Of a stretch of DNA of 64,000 nt, positions 62,560 to 64,000 are shown one piece after another. The stretch is taken from the NCBI GenBank assembly GCA_003971905.1, contig RSEE01000050.1:186001-250000 (forward strand), read 5' to 3'. The notes beneath the pieces are model-generated. The model worked only from the letters and a program-made list of their open reading frames with translations, was not told where the DNA came from and did not search any database. The position numbers and the translations under genes are program-made. The DNA comes from Moniliella sp. 'wahieum'. Lineage: Eukaryota. The first letter of the stretch is position 1. Each line of letters opens with the position of its first letter.

Positions 62560-63872
62560 ATGGCAGATCTGTACTCGGTGCCGCTCAGTGAGCGACCCAC
62601 TCCGCCCATCCGGCTAGCAAAGACGCTGACCGTGCTGGTCTGGTTCCATCTCTCGTGCTTCATGATCAATGGCCTCCAGTTCCTCGTCTGGCCCTTGAGC
62701 ATCGTCCTGCCGGGTGCGTACTCGCGTATCATTCGGTACACTAAGCACTCTTTTGGCTTGCTTCTTGTGTCTCTCAGTCAGCTTTTTGCCCCAACCCGCC
62801 TTGTGCTCAGCTTCACCGACGCCAATGGCAATCCCGTCGATCCTTCCCCGTTTCTCCGCAAGCAGGGGGACAAGGTCACTGGCCTCAACCTTCCGCCTCG
62901 AAGCGTGGCAATGTCGAACCACCAAATCTACCTTGATTGGCTCTACCTTTGGGTGTATCTTATTACGCCGGTCTGTCCTCCTACCTGTACATCATCCTCA
63001 AAGCGTCACTTAAATGGGTTCCCGTCCTTGGGTGGGGGATGCAGTTCTTCCGCTTCATCTTTCTCAAGCGCAATTGGCTCGCCGACCGCTCCCCTTTGGC
63101 AAAAAGCCTGGCCCACATGGCCGATCTCTACGCCCACAAGATAAAAAAGAGGATGAATCGCTGGGAAAACTTTTGCTCCTGATTTTTCCAGAAGGCACGC
63201 TGGTCTCACGCGACACACGCCCGGTCTCGGCCAAGTTTGCTGCCAAGCTCGGCTTGGAGGATCCAAAGAACCTCCTACTTCCGCGTAGCACAGGGCTTTT
63301 CTTTTGTCTGCGAACGTTGGCGGCGGAGGTGGAGGACCTGTGGTTGGTGGTACGTCTCCCTATCTCCTATGGCGACTAGGATTGATTAACCCGGTTAGGA
63401 TTACACAATTGGCTACCCCGGTGTTCCCCGAGCGGGATAGGACAAGATTACTACACTCTGCGCAGTGTCTTTGTCTTGGCTATCGCCCCGCCCGCGATCC
63501 ATATCAACTGTATTGTTACCCGCGTCACTCCCAGCAGTACCGGAGGGTACAACGTTTCGTCTGGTGGCGACCCGCCTCCATGGGCAAGCTTCCCCTACGG
63601 CCACCAAGAGCGGGGAGGATGAGTTTGAGGCGACACCGGAAGAGAAGGCCGAGTTCGATGCCTGGTTGCGTAAGCGGTGGGCGGTCAAGGATCGCATGAT
63701 GAGTCGCTTCTACGATCACGGCGACTTTGTGTGGGGGCGTAAAATGCAAATGCCTAACGCGACGGTGGAGGTGCCGGTCCAGCTTCTCCACAAAAGCGAG
63801 TTCCTGGATGTTTTCACCTGGTTCATTCCACTTCTTGTAGTGGCGGGATGTTTGGCCTACTTTGTCGCATGA
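62560..63872 (+). CDS. Lysophospholipid acyltransferase, PlsC family (Cst26/Psi1/LCLAT1-like)
   Basis: NHQIYLDW (HxxxxD), IILKASLKWVPVLGWGMQFFRFIFLKRNW, IFPEGT, LLPRSTGLFFC, D.TIGYPG and FDAWLRKRWAVKD. Confidence 0.92.
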
Positions 63873-64000
63873 TCGAGACCTTGCCTGGCTGTGCTTCACT
63901 GTTGTCTCCTAACGCCCTGCCACGATCATCATTTCCGTGATTCATTCAACTCGTCTGATGAATATAGCTGTAGGTCGACGACAACGACTCGCCTCTGCCA

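Overview
This is a GC-rich, gene-dense eukaryotic window that looks fungal, most likely basidiomycete (inference): it has short GT-AG introns with CTRAC branch sites and fungal-specific families such as Whi2, Bqt4-like APSES and DUF6534. I recognise about 26 protein-coding loci and one tRNA-Thr(CGT). Identified genes include a fatty-acid hydroxylase/sterol desaturase family member, a triple-KH RNA-binding protein, Ctu2/Ncs2, a Cdc20/Fizzy activator, Whi2, a Bqt4-like protein, DUF6534, an HSF-type transcription factor, GHITM/BI-1, a TAF8-like BTP protein, Pab2/PABPN1, Erv29, Sec12, an NDUFA11-like protein, mitoribosomal mL53 and bL35m, and a PlsC acyltransferase; several loci are orphans. Almost every conserved gene is broken by single-base indels, most simply read as consensus errors, so the ORF track is fragmentary and gene ends are approximate. 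I see no mobile elements or CRISPR arrays. The most striking unexplained signal is non-coding. Upstream intergenic regions repeatedly carry short 7-bp tandem repeats with one grammar, TGA (or TCA) plus a 4-bp palindrome, using nine different cores. All family calls come from motif recognition by eye; no database searches were run.
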